A stretch of DNA of 64,000 nt. Origin: Marsupella aquatica (lineage: Eukaryota > Plantae > Marchantiophyta). Made by a program: the position numbers and the translations under genes. The notes under the pieces were generated by a model that worked only from the letters and a program-made list of their open reading frames with translations, did no database searches and had not been told where the DNA came from. This document shows positions 34,899 through 48,820 of this stretch, piece by piece. The stretch lies in NCBI GenBank assembly GCA_973895155.1, contig OZ316892.1, forward strand, positions 21,515,619-21,579,618, given 5' to 3'. Numbering within the stretch: the first letter of the stretch is position 1; every line of letters begins with the position of its first letter.

Positions 34899-37800
34899 AC
34901 TACTTCCTCAGCATAACCCCATCCCATCAATCCATGACAACAATCACTAGATCTAATTACATAGAGGAAGGTTATGGTCCAGCAAAAGTCAGATTCCCAA
35001 GGGAACAATTATCCAAATCAACTCAACAATTTATGCACCACGGGCCACTAGAAACCTTTAGTGACATACGTGCTAACAGATTTCATATTCACACATGCAC
35101 CTATGGAAACCGTGAAGTCTTGCATATCCTGGAGAACACCATATTAGGGAGATTAGTCCGCGAAATACTACCCATATATCCTCGCGGACTCTACATCACC
35201 CGAATATATTCTTATCATACGGAGATTTCTCCACTTACCTTAACACAGAGATGGTACAATTGTCTCGGACATCCGGGTACAACTATACACCACAATATCT
35301 TAAAAGCTACCTTTAGCATACCTCAAGGCGTTCACCCCTCAGCATCCATCAGACCTTGTATTGCATGCTCACAAGGGAAAATGGTGACTCGTCCATCACC
35401 ATCAAAGACAATACACCAGATTCCACAATTCCTAGAGAGGATACAAGTAGATGTCTGTGGCCCAATTGACCCTCCTTCTGGTCCATTCAGATATTTCCTG
35501 GTTATCATTGATGCCTCCACCAAGTGATCACAGGTCTCACTACTTTCCACCAGGAATCTAGTTTTCTTGAGGATTTTATCACATATCCTGAAATTAAAAC
35601 ATCAATTCCCAGAGAACCCAATCAAAAAAATCAGAGTTGATAACGCGGGGGAATTTATATCAAAAACTTTTGATGACTTCTGTGAAACTGCAGGTATTGA
35701 CACTGAATATCTTGTTGCACATGTTCATTTTCAGAATGGCATTGCCGAATCCGTGATCAAGCGTATACAGATGGTGGCCAGTTGACCCCTACTGATGCAG
35801 TCTAACTTACCAGCATCAGCCTGGGGCCATGCGGTCCTACATGCAGCCGCCTCCTTAGATTGAGACCATCATCATTTAATTCCCAAACCCCCCATTTCCT
35901 GGCAAATGGATTGCCACCTGATATCACACATCTATGGACTTTCGGCTGCCTGGTACTTTTACCAATTTTAGGTCCTAAACGAACTAAAATGGGACCACAG
36001 AGACAACGAGGCATCTATGTTGAATTCGACTCACGCTCCATCATAAGATACTTGGAACCCTCAACAACAGACATTTTCAAAGCACGGTTCCAAGACTGTA
36101 ATTTCTTTGAAGATGAGTTTCCAACTCTTACAGAAGACCCAAACAGAAATGGAGAGGTAAAAGTGAAGGACTTACAATGGTTTTCTACACATCCTTTTAC
36201 TGACGACCACCGAACTAAAGAAGCAGATCAAGGAGTACAACATGTCCTCCACCTACAACAGATGCAGCTTATGAAACTCTGAGATGCCTTCAACGACGTA
36301 GCCACGGTCACTCGCTCACATTTAGAGGCAACAAACATACCAGCTCGCATTTCTCGGAAGTCTACACCAGCAACTGAAGCTGCACCAAGGGCAAAGCGAG
36401 GTCGCCCTTTGGGATCCAGGGACTCTCACCCTAGACTGCCGCGTACAGGCCTTCCATCTCCCCCTGTTATACCAGTTACAGTATCACCTTTACCACGACA
36501 GGCCGATAATGAGGAGATCATGATTAATTATGTACATACTGGGAAAATATTGCAGCGTGATACAATACAGGTCAATCCTTGGGCCCTCACTCCATGTAAA
36601 AGAAGTGGACCCCCTGCAATCGGGCCATTTTGTGTCTACCCCTTGTTATTTCCATTTTACCATTAAAAGTTCCCTTATTACCGGTAATAATTATAATTAT
36701 TAGTTCAAAATGAATAAAAACTACCCTTTGAGCGTTACTTAAGACTGAGGGCCTAGGGAGGTCAATGATGCATTTGCTTTTAATATATCTAAGGAGATCA
36801 TAAACGATACACCAGATCCTCTAACGATTGTTGAGGCCCAATCTTGACCAGACTGGCCACAATGGGAGCTAGCTATAAACTCAGAACTGGACTCCCTTAT
36901 AAAACAATTTTTTTTTGGACCGATTATACCTGCACCTGCAAGAACCCATCTCACGGGTTATAGGTTCATCTTTGTTAGGAAACACAATGCGAAAGGAGAA
37001 GTGATCAGACATAAAGCTCGCTTAGTAGCAAAGGGCTACACCCAGATTCCTGGCCGGGACTTTGATCAAACTTACTCTCCTGTGATGGATTCAATCACAT
37101 ATAGATATCTTATCGCATATGCTCTTCTTCACAAACTTGTCATGCACATTTAGACGTGATCACTACCTATCTATATGGTATACTTGATACCACGATATAT
37201 ATGAAGGCACCCCCGGAACTAATTAAGAGATTAACGTTCCACATTGAGGGGGAGAAAACCGGTAGAACCAACCCAGGTTTGCAACCTGGAGTACTCCAAA
37301 CTCGCCCTATAGGAGATTTGGATTCCATGACGATTGAGCTTGGACCTTCAGTATCGACCCAGCGAGATGTGCTGCACACATAAGATCAGAGGAAACACCT
37401 CTCTCACTGCTTACCCCTGCTACACAAACAAAGAGAGTTAAAAGAGAACTTGCAGTTTAGGTACTTCGTTCCATGTATGGTTTAAAATAGAGTGGATGGA
37501 CATGGTACAAACGATTCAAAGCTGAAATGCTTACATTGAATTTCAATACTGACGACATTGCTCCTTGTCTATTTCTCAAACAGGAGGGAGATGATTTCAT
37601 AATTATTGTGATCTATGTGGACGATATAAACATTTTTGGCACAGCAACAATCACAGCTCATACAATTGAGATACTTAAGAATACCTTCAAAATGCGAGAT
37701 ATTGGAAAGCCCACATATTGTTTGGGCTTACAATTCAATTACTTACCGAATGGAATACTCATTAACCAATCTACCTACACTGAGAAGGTACTCAGGAAAT

Positions 37801-39340
37801 TCAACATGGACTCTGCTCACCCAGTTAGCACCCCTATGGATTTGAGGTCCTCAGATCCTGATAAGGATACATTCAAGAAAGGGACTAAACCAGAAACAAT
37901 TCTTGGCCCAGAAAAACCTTACCTCTCTGCAATAGGGACTCTTATGTACCTTGCTACACAATCCCGTCCTGACATTTCGTTCGCAGTGAACCTCCTTGCC
38001 CGCCATAGCGCAAAGCCGACCATACGTCATTGGAATGGAGTCAAACGCGTTTTTCGTTACCTGCAAGGAACCACTGATATGGGACTACTCTTTCCCAAGC
38101 AATCAGAAAACCTATTGGTGGGATATGCGGACGCAGGGTACCTTTCAGATCCAGACGATGCAAAATCCCAAACAAGATATGTTTTTTTCCAAGGCGGCAC
38201 TATGATCTCATGGAAAAGTTGCAAACAGATATTGACAGCTACTTCTTCTAACCATGCGGAAATAATAGCGCTCTATGAAGCCACTAGGGAATGCATTTGG
38301 TTACGACACTTGATAGACCATATTCAAATACATACTAGCAGGCCCCGGTTTGATCAACCGACGATCATATATGAAGATAATTGACCCTCTGTCGATCAGA
38401 TAGTGCAGGGATTCATCAAAGGGGACCGAATTAAACATATAGCGCCCAAATTCTTCTATACACACGAACATCATGGCGAACAGGTCAACGTGCAGTGGAT
38501 TCCTAGCAAAGACAATAGGGCGGATTTGTTTACAAAATCCCTACCGCCATCCCTCCACCGTGAGCATACATATGGCATAGGAATGAGGAGCATGGCATCG
38601 ATGCTGCAAGGCACCAATGCATAAATCAAAATTACTTGAGCTCAAAGAATACGGACTAACCGGAAGAAATTGGATCCCTTATGGCTAAAGCACTTTGTTG
38701 AGCTCCACCAAGAAATTCAAAACGCAATGGCCCCGTACCAACCTCAACTTTGCTCTTTGCTCCATTGCCCTATCTCAATCTCCACCATTATCAAACGAGA
38801 ACTCAAATTTCACCAAGACACATAGGACACGCATCACTCAATCGACCCTGCAGGAACAAACTTACGAAAGATGACCATACAGAATGTGTTGTCTTCGACT
38901 TTACAATTAGTGTCTGCGCCTGATAGTATATTGTTTCATTATGAAATACAAACAATTGTTTGTATTTCAGATTTACATATCGTAGTATAGATACTAGTAT
39001 ATACCTTTCGGCATAAGTTTTTCTTTGGATTTCATAGACATGTTAAGGACTTAACCTATTATTGACCCTCCACCATGTAATAGTAGTGGCACTCTTTCCA
39101 TGATTGAAGCATGGTTTTAATGAGACCATACTAAACTTGGGCCATATAATAGGATTATAACAAAAAGGGTTAGTTTCTCCCCATATTTTGTGGTTGTTTG
39201 AAAAGTCCTTCTCATCCAACCAAGGGGGAGTGTTGTAAGGGATAAACCCTAACCCTGATTACCTAGACTCACCCTAACTGTATATAGGGAATTGAGGAGG
39301 TTACATAACCACCATACCATGTACTATTTACACTCCCACA
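34899..39340 (+). mobile_element. Degenerate Ty1/copia retrotransposon (GAG-pre-integrase, integrase, RT, RNase H, PPT, short 3' LTR)
   Basis: WYNCLGHPG, CIACSQGK, DVCGP, RVDNAGEF, QNGIAES, KARLVAKGY, IYVDDI, GYADAGY, SSNHAEIIAL, KHIAPKFF, NRADLFTKSL in copia order. Many stops. PPT aagggggag at 39222-39230 then TG; putative LTR end CA at about 39340. Confidence 0.9.
36577..36758. mobile_element. MITE, 182 bp, 8-bp TSD
   Basis: TIR CCTTGGGCCCTCA...TGAGGGCCTAGGG; TSD AGGTCAAT on both sides; inserted in copia pol. Confidence 0.95.
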
Positions 39341-39384
39341 ATCAGTGAGAAGGAAGTGAGCTTGCCGGTGCATTGGTGTCTATG

Positions 39385-39586
39385 CCCTGGGCCCTCACTC
39401 CGTGTAAAAGAAGTGGACCCCCTGTGATCGGGCCCTTTTCCTGTTTACCCCTTGTTATTTCCATTTTACTATTAAAAGTTTCCTTATTACCGGTAATAAT
39501 TATAATTATTAGTTCAAAATTAATAAAAACTACCCTTCGAGTGTTCACACGTCCTCCATGTATTAGTTAAGACTGAGGGCCCAGGG
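39385..39586. mobile_element. MITE, 202 bp, same family, 8-bp TSD
   Basis: Perfect TIR CCCTGGGCCCTCA...TGAGGGCCCAGGG; TSD TGTCTATG on both sides; internal sequence closely similar to the copy at 36577. Confidence 0.95.
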
Positions 39587-40274
39587 TGTCTATGGTGTGC
39601 ATAATAGAATGCATCTTATTGGGCCCTCCTATTGAGCTCCTATTCTTTTGCATTCTCGTTTACCAATGAGTTGCAAGGGGCCTCTAGTTATTATTTCTCA
39701 TAGAACTCACATTGTCTGTATGCCTAGCTCCAAATCTCACTTTCTTATCTGGCCAACCTGTACGTGGTATTCTAGCAGGACAAATTTTGATCACATTATG
39801 CCTCTAATTGACCCTTGCCTGCTTACCCTTTCCCAAAATTTGGTGATCCTCCAACATTGTCCATCTTGGGCAATCTTTAAGAGAATTAGTAGCAAACAGA
39901 AAACATGGAGTCCTTGCTCTTGGGATGACATTACTTGTAAAGTTCTCAGACCTTGTTGACGGGCTTGTTGAAAGTCTCCTTGTTGTTGGTGCCTAAAACT
40001 AGGTCTTTGACAGATCTATGGCACCCAATAAAATGGGGGTAGCCTTCCAAATGTCACCCTACTAACTTGCTCTCAAGGGACCTACTTGTCCTACTTTAAT
40101 TCAAAACCTCCAGCAGGAACCTCCACCCTTTGTTCCACTCAAAGCGGGACTCAAAGTGCTCCCTATGGCCTACACGCTCATTTTCAAACCCAGTTACCCA
40201 ACACATACAATCTGGAAAATCTCCAAAGTATGAATTATAGTAAGCACAACTAGCTCAATAGCCCTGTGTTGCCC

Positions 40275-42545
40275 ATAAGATGTCATTTTTTAGGAAAAAA
40301 AGATGTAGTATATATCACCTAAAGAATATGTCATTATGTGAAAGATGTCGTGAAGTCAAAGGATGTTGTCAAGAAAAAAGAAGTTGGTTTGCCAATGATG
40401 TTGTTATGTGAATGATGTTGTCAAATAAAAAGATGTCATTTAGAAAAAAGAGTTTGTGCCGCCAAAAAAGTTGTTATGTGAAACATCTCAAAAAAAATTT
40501 AAAAAATTGTTTACAAAAATGAAGTTGTTGCCAAAGATGTTGTTATGTGAAAGATGCTCGGGGGTTTCAATTTCATAGAATTGGCACATCATGTGCAACA
40601 AAGAATATGGTAGTTTTATTGGCTGTAAGGAAAGACTTTAAAAAATTTGTGGAAGAACTTGGGGTTCCTTTAAATACAATTTTGATTATTACAGGAAGAA
40701 CATTATGGTCATTTTAATCAAATTTTTGGAATATTTCAAGAATAATTTCAATTTCATAGGGTTTTAGAATTTTTTAAAAACCTTATATTTTAGATGGTGC
40801 GGGGCAGTCGCGGGACTCGACTACCTAAACACTTAGCTCCAGCATTGCTAACTCCGTCGCCGAGCTCCCCTATGGTCCAGGCCTGGAACGACCATCTGGG
40901 GAGGATTTAGCATGGGGAGACTTGTGGGCAATGGGGCATGGCATTGGCAAAGGCAAGGCGCTAAGCTAGTGAGACACACTAAGGACTTAGACCAGCTGAG
41001 GGTTGGTCGGGTCAAGGGGAAAGGGTCGGACTCAAGGTCGACCATCCGGACCCTTGGATGGACTTTGAGTTTTGAGGGCTTGAGTGAGAGCTCCTCTTGG
41101 GCCCAAGGCAAATGGAGTTTATTCCATGGGCAACAGACGCTTGGGGCATGAGTTACGGCCCGATCCAGGTTTAGCCAATCAAAGGCCTAGGGCGACTAGG
41201 ATTTGAGGGCCTAGGCATGAGTATTGGGTCGGCCCAATTGCAACTGGCTAAGGCACTCCGCTTACGGACGCCTAACTAGAAAGTTATGGGCATTGCCAGT
41301 TGGTGGCGCCTAGACGTGCGGGTTGCATTGGGGTCCAGGTGGGAGGCAAAATTTTGGGGATCAAAGTAGGTACTGAGGTGTCAGGTCTCCAAAAGCATAT
41401 ATGGAGGGAGTGGTGTCTCCCTGGGGCTAAGGGTGAGCCGAAGTGGTGAGCCGCGACAGTCATGGGCTAAGGGAAAATATCAAATGGAAACAATGATAAC
41501 TTCCCAACGGGAAGTCCGTTGGAGGACTTCTTGGGTGCGTTGGAAAGCTCTCAAGGAGGAATACATTCTCTTGAGCTCAGTTGGGTCTAGGGACACCATG
41601 AATTCTTGGGGTTTGTGGGGGCTAGTTCGCCCTCTTGCAAATCGTGCCGAAACAATAGCCAAGCCGTGTTCAGTCTCCCAAGGGACAAACTTTAGGACAA
41701 GCTACGCTATTTGGGCCATGAGCATGTCTTGGGGGCGGGGTGGTCAGTTGGAGATGGATAGGTACAAGGAGGAACCCAGGCTGCACCCAAGGAAGGAGCT
41801 GTTATGGATCAAGAGTGGGTGTCGATTTGGTTCCAGCTTATGGCATCAGGAGGACCTATCAATGACCTACTTACCAATGTTTGTTGAGCTTGAGTTAGGA
41901 TGCTAGACTTGGGGGAGATCTAGATCTGGTTTGGGTTACTTATCGAGTTACTTGGTTACTTGTGCAGAAAGTGAGGACCATTGAGTAGTGATCTTGTTAG
42001 AGAGCAAGTGCGGCTTTGTATATATGGGAGGGGTTGCAGGCGGTGCGAAGGGCAACAGGTTGCTTCCTCAAGGTATTCTGTGGAGGCATTCAGGCACAAG
42101 GGGCACTTAGGCTGGGTGTTGGGATTGGTGAGGGCACTGGGTGGCTAGGTCCACCACTAGGGCTTAAAAATGTCACAGGTGATGGGGGAATTCTATGTAG
42201 TGAGACCCCCTCGGAAAGATGTCATCAAGTAATTGTTTTAAGAAAACATAAGTTGTTTTGCCAAAAATGTTGTTATGTGAAACATGTTGTCAAGTAAAAA
42301 GTTGTCATGAAGAAAAAATAATTGTTTTTAAGATGTTCAGCAATATGTGAAAGATGTAGTCAACTAAGTGAAAAGATGTGGTTAAGAAAAAAGAAGTTGT
42401 GTGACCATCAAAAATGTTGTTATGTGACAGATGTTGTTACGAGTGTTGTCAAAGTAAAGGATGTCGTTGTGTAAATCTGGTCGTGTCGCCAAAGATGTGT
42501 TTATGTGAAAGATGTTGTTAAGTAAAGGATGTCATGATGTAAATG
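40275..42545. repeat. Degenerate minisatellite (aaagatgttgttatgtg-like units) split by an insertion
   Basis: Arrays at about 40275-40556 and 42214-42545 are continuous once 40557-42213 is removed. Confidence 0.8.
40557..42213. mobile_element. Non-autonomous TIR element, 1.66 kb, 8-bp TSD
   Basis: Left end CTCGGGGGTTTCAATTTCATAGAATT; reverse complement of right end CGAGGGGGTCTCACTACATAGAATT. TSD GAAAGATG at 40549-40556 and 42214-42221. Confidence 0.8.
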
Positions 42546-43316
42546 ATCTTGGGTCCAGGCAAGGGCCAAGGCGGCAATCAGGCGCAACAGGTTGGGGTGA
42601 GGAGGGAGGGAGAGCTGCAAGGAGGGAGCCGGGCCAAAGAGGGACGCGTCGTCTTTGAAGCTAATCGGGCACACGGTTCTTAAGATAGGGAGCAGGGGGG
42701 GTTACGGCTCCCTTGTCAGGTTGCAAAGGCCCATCGTTGTTGGTCCCTTTGAGATTGCAATAGGCAGTTGTTGTTCCCTCGGAGGTTGAGGCGACATCAT
42801 GCACAATAGTCATAACTTGGGCTTGGGGCAAGTTGGGCCTAGCTTGCTGGGCCACACTCATCCCTTGCCGGTTGTTCCCTCCTCTCCACCGTAATTCCTG
42901 TCAGGAAGAAAGGTTACCGGTGTGTAACCTTTTCTACTAGGTGTCACCATTTTCATAACCATGTGCCCACAAAGTCTTGCCCGGTAATCTTTTTTCGGGC
43001 AGGTATTATGTATGATAATGACTGTTTGGAGTGGGGTTGTAGTAAAAAACCTGTTCTCACAAAGCTCACAAAAATTTCCTCACTTTCTGGTCACATGGTT
43101 AGATACTAGTAACCCCAGACCCCAAACAATCGTTACCATATACGTTGCTAGTCCCTCCTCCCTCCCTCCTCACTTGTCAGGCCTTTGGGCCTTGCCCTTA
43201 CCTAGCTCGCTTGTTGTCAGGCCCCGTCGTCAGGTAGGTCGGGGCGCATCCAGAGGGAGGGAGTAAGGAGTCACGAGTCCAGTGCAAAGGGAGGGGCGTT
43301 AGTCAAGTGGGGAGGG

Positions 43317-43571
43317 ATGGAAGTCAAGTGGGCGGAGTTAGTCAAGTTGCGGGCCGGACTTGGCTGCGCGGCGCTTTTATGCTGTTTCTTATGCGATCAG
43401 GAACGCCATGTTGTGAGTACGAAAGCTGCGAAAGGAGTTTGCCCGAACTGCGGGTCGATCACAGCAGATATGAAAGTGAGAGACTCTTGTCGATTCTGCT
43501 TCATTCCAATCTGCTGGCGGACGCATCATGATGTTACCTGCACCACCTGTGGTCCGCCCCTCAAGAAGTAG
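43317..43571 (+). CDS. Small plant zinc-ribbon protein (zinc_ribbon_15-like)
   Basis: FLCDQERHVV...GVCPNCG...RFCFIPICWR...VTCTTCG, the typical CPxCG / RFCFxP / CxxC pattern. Confidence 0.85.
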   Translation: MEVKWAELVKLRAGLGCAALLCCFLCDQERHVVSTKAAKGVCPNCGSITADMKVRDSCRFCFIPICWRTHHDVTCTTCGPPLKK

Positions 43572-43763
43572 ATAAGTGGCATAGATCGGTGGAGAAATTG
43601 AGGAAGTAGTTTTTGTGAAGATGGGCTTGTTAAACCCATTTCCCCCACTTAATTTATGACCGAGCTAATGGACCGTGTGATGCATTTAAGGAAGTATGCT
43701 GCCCATGGCCGCCATGATGGAGGACAAGTGGATTGATGAGTGTATAGACTTAGGTGAAGTCGA

Positions 43764-43955
43764 TGTGTTTCCAATTGTCTTGGATCAGGCTGGAGAAGCG
43801 ATCATAGTTTATTCTCCATGAAGGCTAGCTTGTGTTTCCAATTGTCTTGGATCAGGCTGGAGAACTGATCATAGTTTATTCTCCATAAAGCCTTGTGTTT
43901 CCAATTGTCTTGGATCACACTGGAGAATCGATCATAGGTTATTTTCCATAAAGGC
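43764..43955. repeat. Three tandem copies of a 63-67 bp unit downstream of the zinc-ribbon gene
   Basis: tgtgtttccaattgtcttggatcaggctggagaa..gatcatagtttattctccat x3. Confidence 0.9.
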
Positions 43956-46694
43956 TGGGGAACTCAAATTCTATGAACATCTTCCCACTCCAGTCTAGGG
44001 ACGTGGGATTGAGGGGCACCTTGTGAAATCATACTAAAGTTTCGATACGTGATGATCTTCTCAATGGAGATTTTCTTAGCGTAGAGACTCGCAACGGATC
44101 TGCGAAAATTGAGGCTGAACTTCTGGTAGTAATATATAGAAGACATTAGCACACTGTTATTTTGTCCTCAGAATTCATTCTGTACTTGGTGGAATGGAAT
44201 ATTAAGCTTTCTGTCAATATAATTTTTCTAGAGACGTGTAAGTCGCAGCCATGCATTCAACATCGGAAATTCAGGACAACCTTCTCCGGAAGTCTTCTCG
44301 AATGCATGCAAAGTCATTTACGACTCTTAAGTTTAGTTGAATATATCTTCTAGTTACTGCATTGCTCAAAGTTACTAAACAAAAAGCAAAGTATACAAAT
44401 CCACTAGACAAATGTATGTTGCTCTTCAAGAAGAAATTCGCGCAAGTTGGATATCCTTGGAACATCAGCTGAGATAGAATTATTCTGTAATCCTCAAAAA
44501 GTATGCTGCTTCTCAATAGCTGAAACTCTTTAATTTGAAATGACGAAATTCCGAAAACATATACTTGGTACTAAACTATCTAAACGGAAGCGCACTCTGA
44601 GTCCTGGCCCAAAATTTCATACACTTTATGGTTTAAGAATCTTCTTCTTAAGCAAACGTCCATTCGAATTGTTCGGTTAGACTTATGTCTAATCAATCCC
44701 AAGAAGCTATCGCACACCAATGCTACTCAGCTCAAGTAGAGAGACCCATAACTTGTCCCTTGTTGGAAGAAGATTTACAATTAGTCTGGTTATGCAACAG
44801 TACTCTGGAGAAGGTGAATCGAAAGCAGGATGCTGAGCTTGTGTATGCTGTGCATTTAAAGATTTCAAGGAATTTGATACGCTAGTACAAACGGGCCATT
44901 TATTGAGAGAATTAAGCGTGAAGGGTATTATATAGTTGATATGCGAGATCCTTCATGCCTTCACACACTCCGTGCTGAAGAGCAGTATGTATAATTATAC
45001 ATTCTCCACCTGCGTTTTTTATCGGATTCTTGATAGAAATCGAAATCTCAACGTGTCAGTTGAATCATCGACAGCAATCTTTTTGAGCTAGATCTCATTT
45101 CACCTAGCTCTACCAATAATTACAACCCTTTGTAAATCTTGAAGCGCGAACCTTCGGGCATCAGGTAATATGAAGTCTTGTGTGATATAATTAGTGGCTT
45201 CAAATTCTAAATGTTGCCATGACCACTTGCAACACAGCCGCTTGAACAGAAGCTATACCGAATGCGAATATGATACCCAACATTATCAATCAGCGGAAGG
45301 AAATTCCACGGGAACTCCATAAACCATTTATACCTTTATCGCTAGTAAGGATCATTACTCTCTAATTTACGTAAGGATTTTTCTCACTTAGTAAAACCGT
45401 CGGGAAATTCCTCTCGTAATTGGGACTTGCCTTGCAGTACACATTGGCAAAAAAATTGGAAGGGGAATTTCTGGTATATATCTTGGGAATTGGTAGCGAA
45501 ACTTCGAAACGCCGGATCCAGACATTATGAGACAGAAAATCGTTACAGAGCCCGTTACAGAGTTGGTCCAAGCGACGCCTTAAATCTGGCAAAACCCTCA
45601 TCCAGTATAAGGTTATATGGTTGTCGAGTGACTTGGATATTAGAATCGACTTCATAGCCAAATGTGGGTAGATCCTACCAAACACACCCTGCAGATTCTG
45701 AGGCTTTCTATTTGTAAATGAACTCAAGGTACAGTATCTCATCTCAAATTGACCTCTGAGGAAGCGAAAAGTGTCTCAGTTTTGTGCTCTCTTAAGCATC
45801 CAGTGGAAACGGTCTGCCCATCCTTGCAAATCTAGCACACGAGAATGGTGAGTAATTAACGAAATCTTTAGCCAAGCCATGGTCTTAGACACTTAAAATG
45901 ATAGCACGTACGATATTCAGATTGAGTCTAAGTAGATCAACGTCCTGACTATCGTAGATTGAGGTTTTGAATGAGCTGGATCATATACGTACAAACTAAC
46001 TGCTGCTACCTAGGGTCTCCTTCTATGTCTAGCTTCAAAATCTAACTTCAAACTTGCTTTCCCGCTTGCTTTATAGTATAGGATAGATTGACCTGTGAGT
46101 CTAGATGCTTAAATCAAAACAGTCCATGGAGACAAGCATTTTCCTTTCTTGACTGTGCTCTTTTGCAACTTGTATTTTTAATTTTGCGAAGGGAGTGTCA
46201 GTAAGAATTTTGTCCATGGTCACTTCTAGAGTGACCAAAAGTGCACAGCTGAAAAAAATAAAATTGCATCGTGATCGATAGGGTTCGATTCAAGCCAGGC
46301 TCAGCCCAAAAAACATGATTGAGCCATGCAAGCAGAGTGGCAGTACACCTTTTTTTGCAGTAAGAACTGCTGCCGACATATATTACCATAAGTGTTTGTA
46401 GAAATATAGTTAATCAGATCAGACGTCAAGTTATCATTGTCAACAAGGTCACCATAGGCCTTCAACAAGGTCACCATCGCCCTTGTGCACGTACAAAAGG
46501 AGAGAAGATTGAAAAGTCTAAGCTGCTCGAATCTACATGTCTCGTTTGAACTCGACGGCACCCAATGACTAGAAAGTGGAAACCAGTATCGGCGGATTGG
46601 CCTCTTAGTAACACATTCCTTTCAACATGCACTAGTTTCAATCCTGGTTTACAATCTGAAGCTAGCTAGTGGAAGAGCTACTCGATTTCCCTCC

Positions 46695-47327
46695 TCATTT
46701 CTGCTCTTCTTCGGGATAGTATTGGTTCACCATCCCGAAAGTTGTTTTGATCTCCGCCGGAGTCTTGCCTGTGATAATGTCAGCAGCTCTTTCACACGTC
46801 AATTCTAACAAATTTTGAATATTGAGGTATCGGGCTGCCTGCAAGAAGCGAGAAGATAAGATTAGAGATCATAAAGTCACAGTAGAGGAACCTCAGCACT
46901 ACCCACTAACCTGGAGGTCAAAGAAAATTCTGCAAAGTAATTTAGAGAGATACCCGGCCTACTCAAGAAGTTCAGAATAAAAAATGAGCATGCATCAGTA
47001 CGTAAAACTTACGTTGATAAGACCCACAAGAGTGGCGTGATCGACCTGGAGAAACTCAGCATCACGCTGTTTGATTTCATCCTCTGTAGGTGCTGGCTTC
47101 TCCTCTGTACTCTGTTGAAACTGCCAATGATATGTGCAATACTCTATGACCTTGCCCAGGATATTTTTGGAAACATTGGGCAAAGGAATTGTACTTTCGT
47201 TTCCAGTGACGTCGACGATATCTGTCAACGTCTCTGAGTATTGCACAACGGAAATGTCCACTTCAAATATAACACCATCCGACGACTGGAGCTGCACCTT
47301 CCTGCTGACTCGCCTGTTGATTGACAT
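46695..47327 (-). CDS. SKP1: SKP1/ASK-like SCF adaptor, 2 exons, possible C-terminal frameshift
   Basis: Exon 47327-47013 (LQSSDGVIFEVD, IPLPNV, LGKVIEYCTYH, DAEFLQVD); intron 47012-46839; exon 46838-46695 (AARYLNIQNLLELTCERAADIITGKTPAEIKTTFG...PEEEQK*). Confidence 0.9.
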
Positions 47328-48379
47328 GTTGGTTGATCTGGTCCTTGCTTGATTGACTACCGGTCAGCGTTATATCCTACTTAGTTGCTCTTCCTCCAGG
47401 CGTTTTCTGCGCTTAGCCCAGAAGACCTGCCAACGAGTTTATCATGTTGATCATGTGCATATTACAATTGTTGGCAACCAGGACGAAGCGATTCTTAGCT
47501 ATATACTTCTTACGTTTACAGCCTCGATCAGATATGTGCGCAGCTTTATCTTTTACATGGTAAGATAGCCGAACGAACTCTATCGATCCACAAGTAGGAA
47601 CGCTGGGAAAGTAACCTGTAACACAAAATATACCAAGGATCGCGAGTAAAAGGTGCAAAGAGATGCATGTTATACCTGACGGTTAAGCTCAAATTAAACT
47701 CGATCTGAAGATGTTGAATATGCACTCTGATGATGCAAGCCGCTCCTGCCTCAACATAAAACTGAAGAAATCATCCTTGCTGATCGAAGAGCTACATATA
47801 CTTGCTTGGACAACAAAAGTATCGAAGCTTTTGTAGTCTTTGGTCAGTTTCGTATGACGCTGCTGAATGACTTCAAGGGAGCAAGTGTTTGGGCTCTGAG
47901 TCTTCTACGAAATCAAGCATTTGTAGTCTTTGGTCAGTTTGGTATGAATGCATTCAAGGGAACTCATCTGGCAGGAACGAGAGCATTGGTGGGAGCCAGG
48001 GTTTAAATTTTTGACTGGGCGGCGGGGATTTGAAATAAGGGCTTTAACAACATTTTCAAATGAAAACACTACAGAGTGCATCACCACTGTTGCTCAAAAA
48101 TGATTTCACCTCAACTTTATGCTGCAGTCTATAATTTTTTGTTTAATGTTACTTTTAAATCTACTATGAATCCAACAGCAACTTAGCTTCTTGCAACACA
48201 ACACCTTCTATTGAAAACACTTTTGCTTTGAAAAAAAATTCACTAGCTCATCAACACTTTCTCTCAAAGCATTGACCCAAAGGCACCAACAATGTACTTA
48301 ATTTTTGAGCTGCAACACACAAGTATGATTGAGCCTCATCTTTAATGGTTGTTGGTAGTATTGAGCCTTACATTGGCAA

Positions 48380-48820
48380 TCTTGCCTCACCCCCACATCA
48401 AGATTTGCCCCACCTCGTCATCTAAACTTGCCTTCTGCATTTTGGCCTTGCCTTGACATCTTGCCATCATCTTGCCATCTACATTTTCCTCAACATCTTT
48501 GCTTTCCCCAACATCTTTGCCTTACCTCGACATTTGGCGCTCACCTCAACATCTTTCCCTTACCTTGTTATCTTGCCCTCGTCTCATCATCTTTCCCTCA
48601 TCTCCCTATCTGTGCCTCTTCTTAACATCTTTGCTTCACCTTGACATCTTTGTCTCTCCTTGAATCTTTCCCTCACCTTGACATTTTTGCCTCTCCTTGA
48701 TATCTTGTCCTTAATTGTCTCAACATCTTGTCTTCACATTCACATCTTGCCCTTAGTTCAAAGTCTTTCCCTTACCTTGAAATATTTTCTTATCCTCGAC
48801 ATCTTGCCCTTCCCTTGGGA
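48380..48820. repeat. Degenerate minisatellite of about 19-bp units with ACATCTT core
   Basis: Recurring caacatctttgc/cctcaccttgacatc units; the core is the reverse complement of the AAGATGT core at 40.3-42.5 kb. Confidence 0.75.

Noticed and set aside
40557-42213. Alternative 4-bp TSD (CTCG) with GGGG termini
   Set aside because: Only the 8-bp GAAAGATG reading restores a normal minisatellite unit at the empty site.
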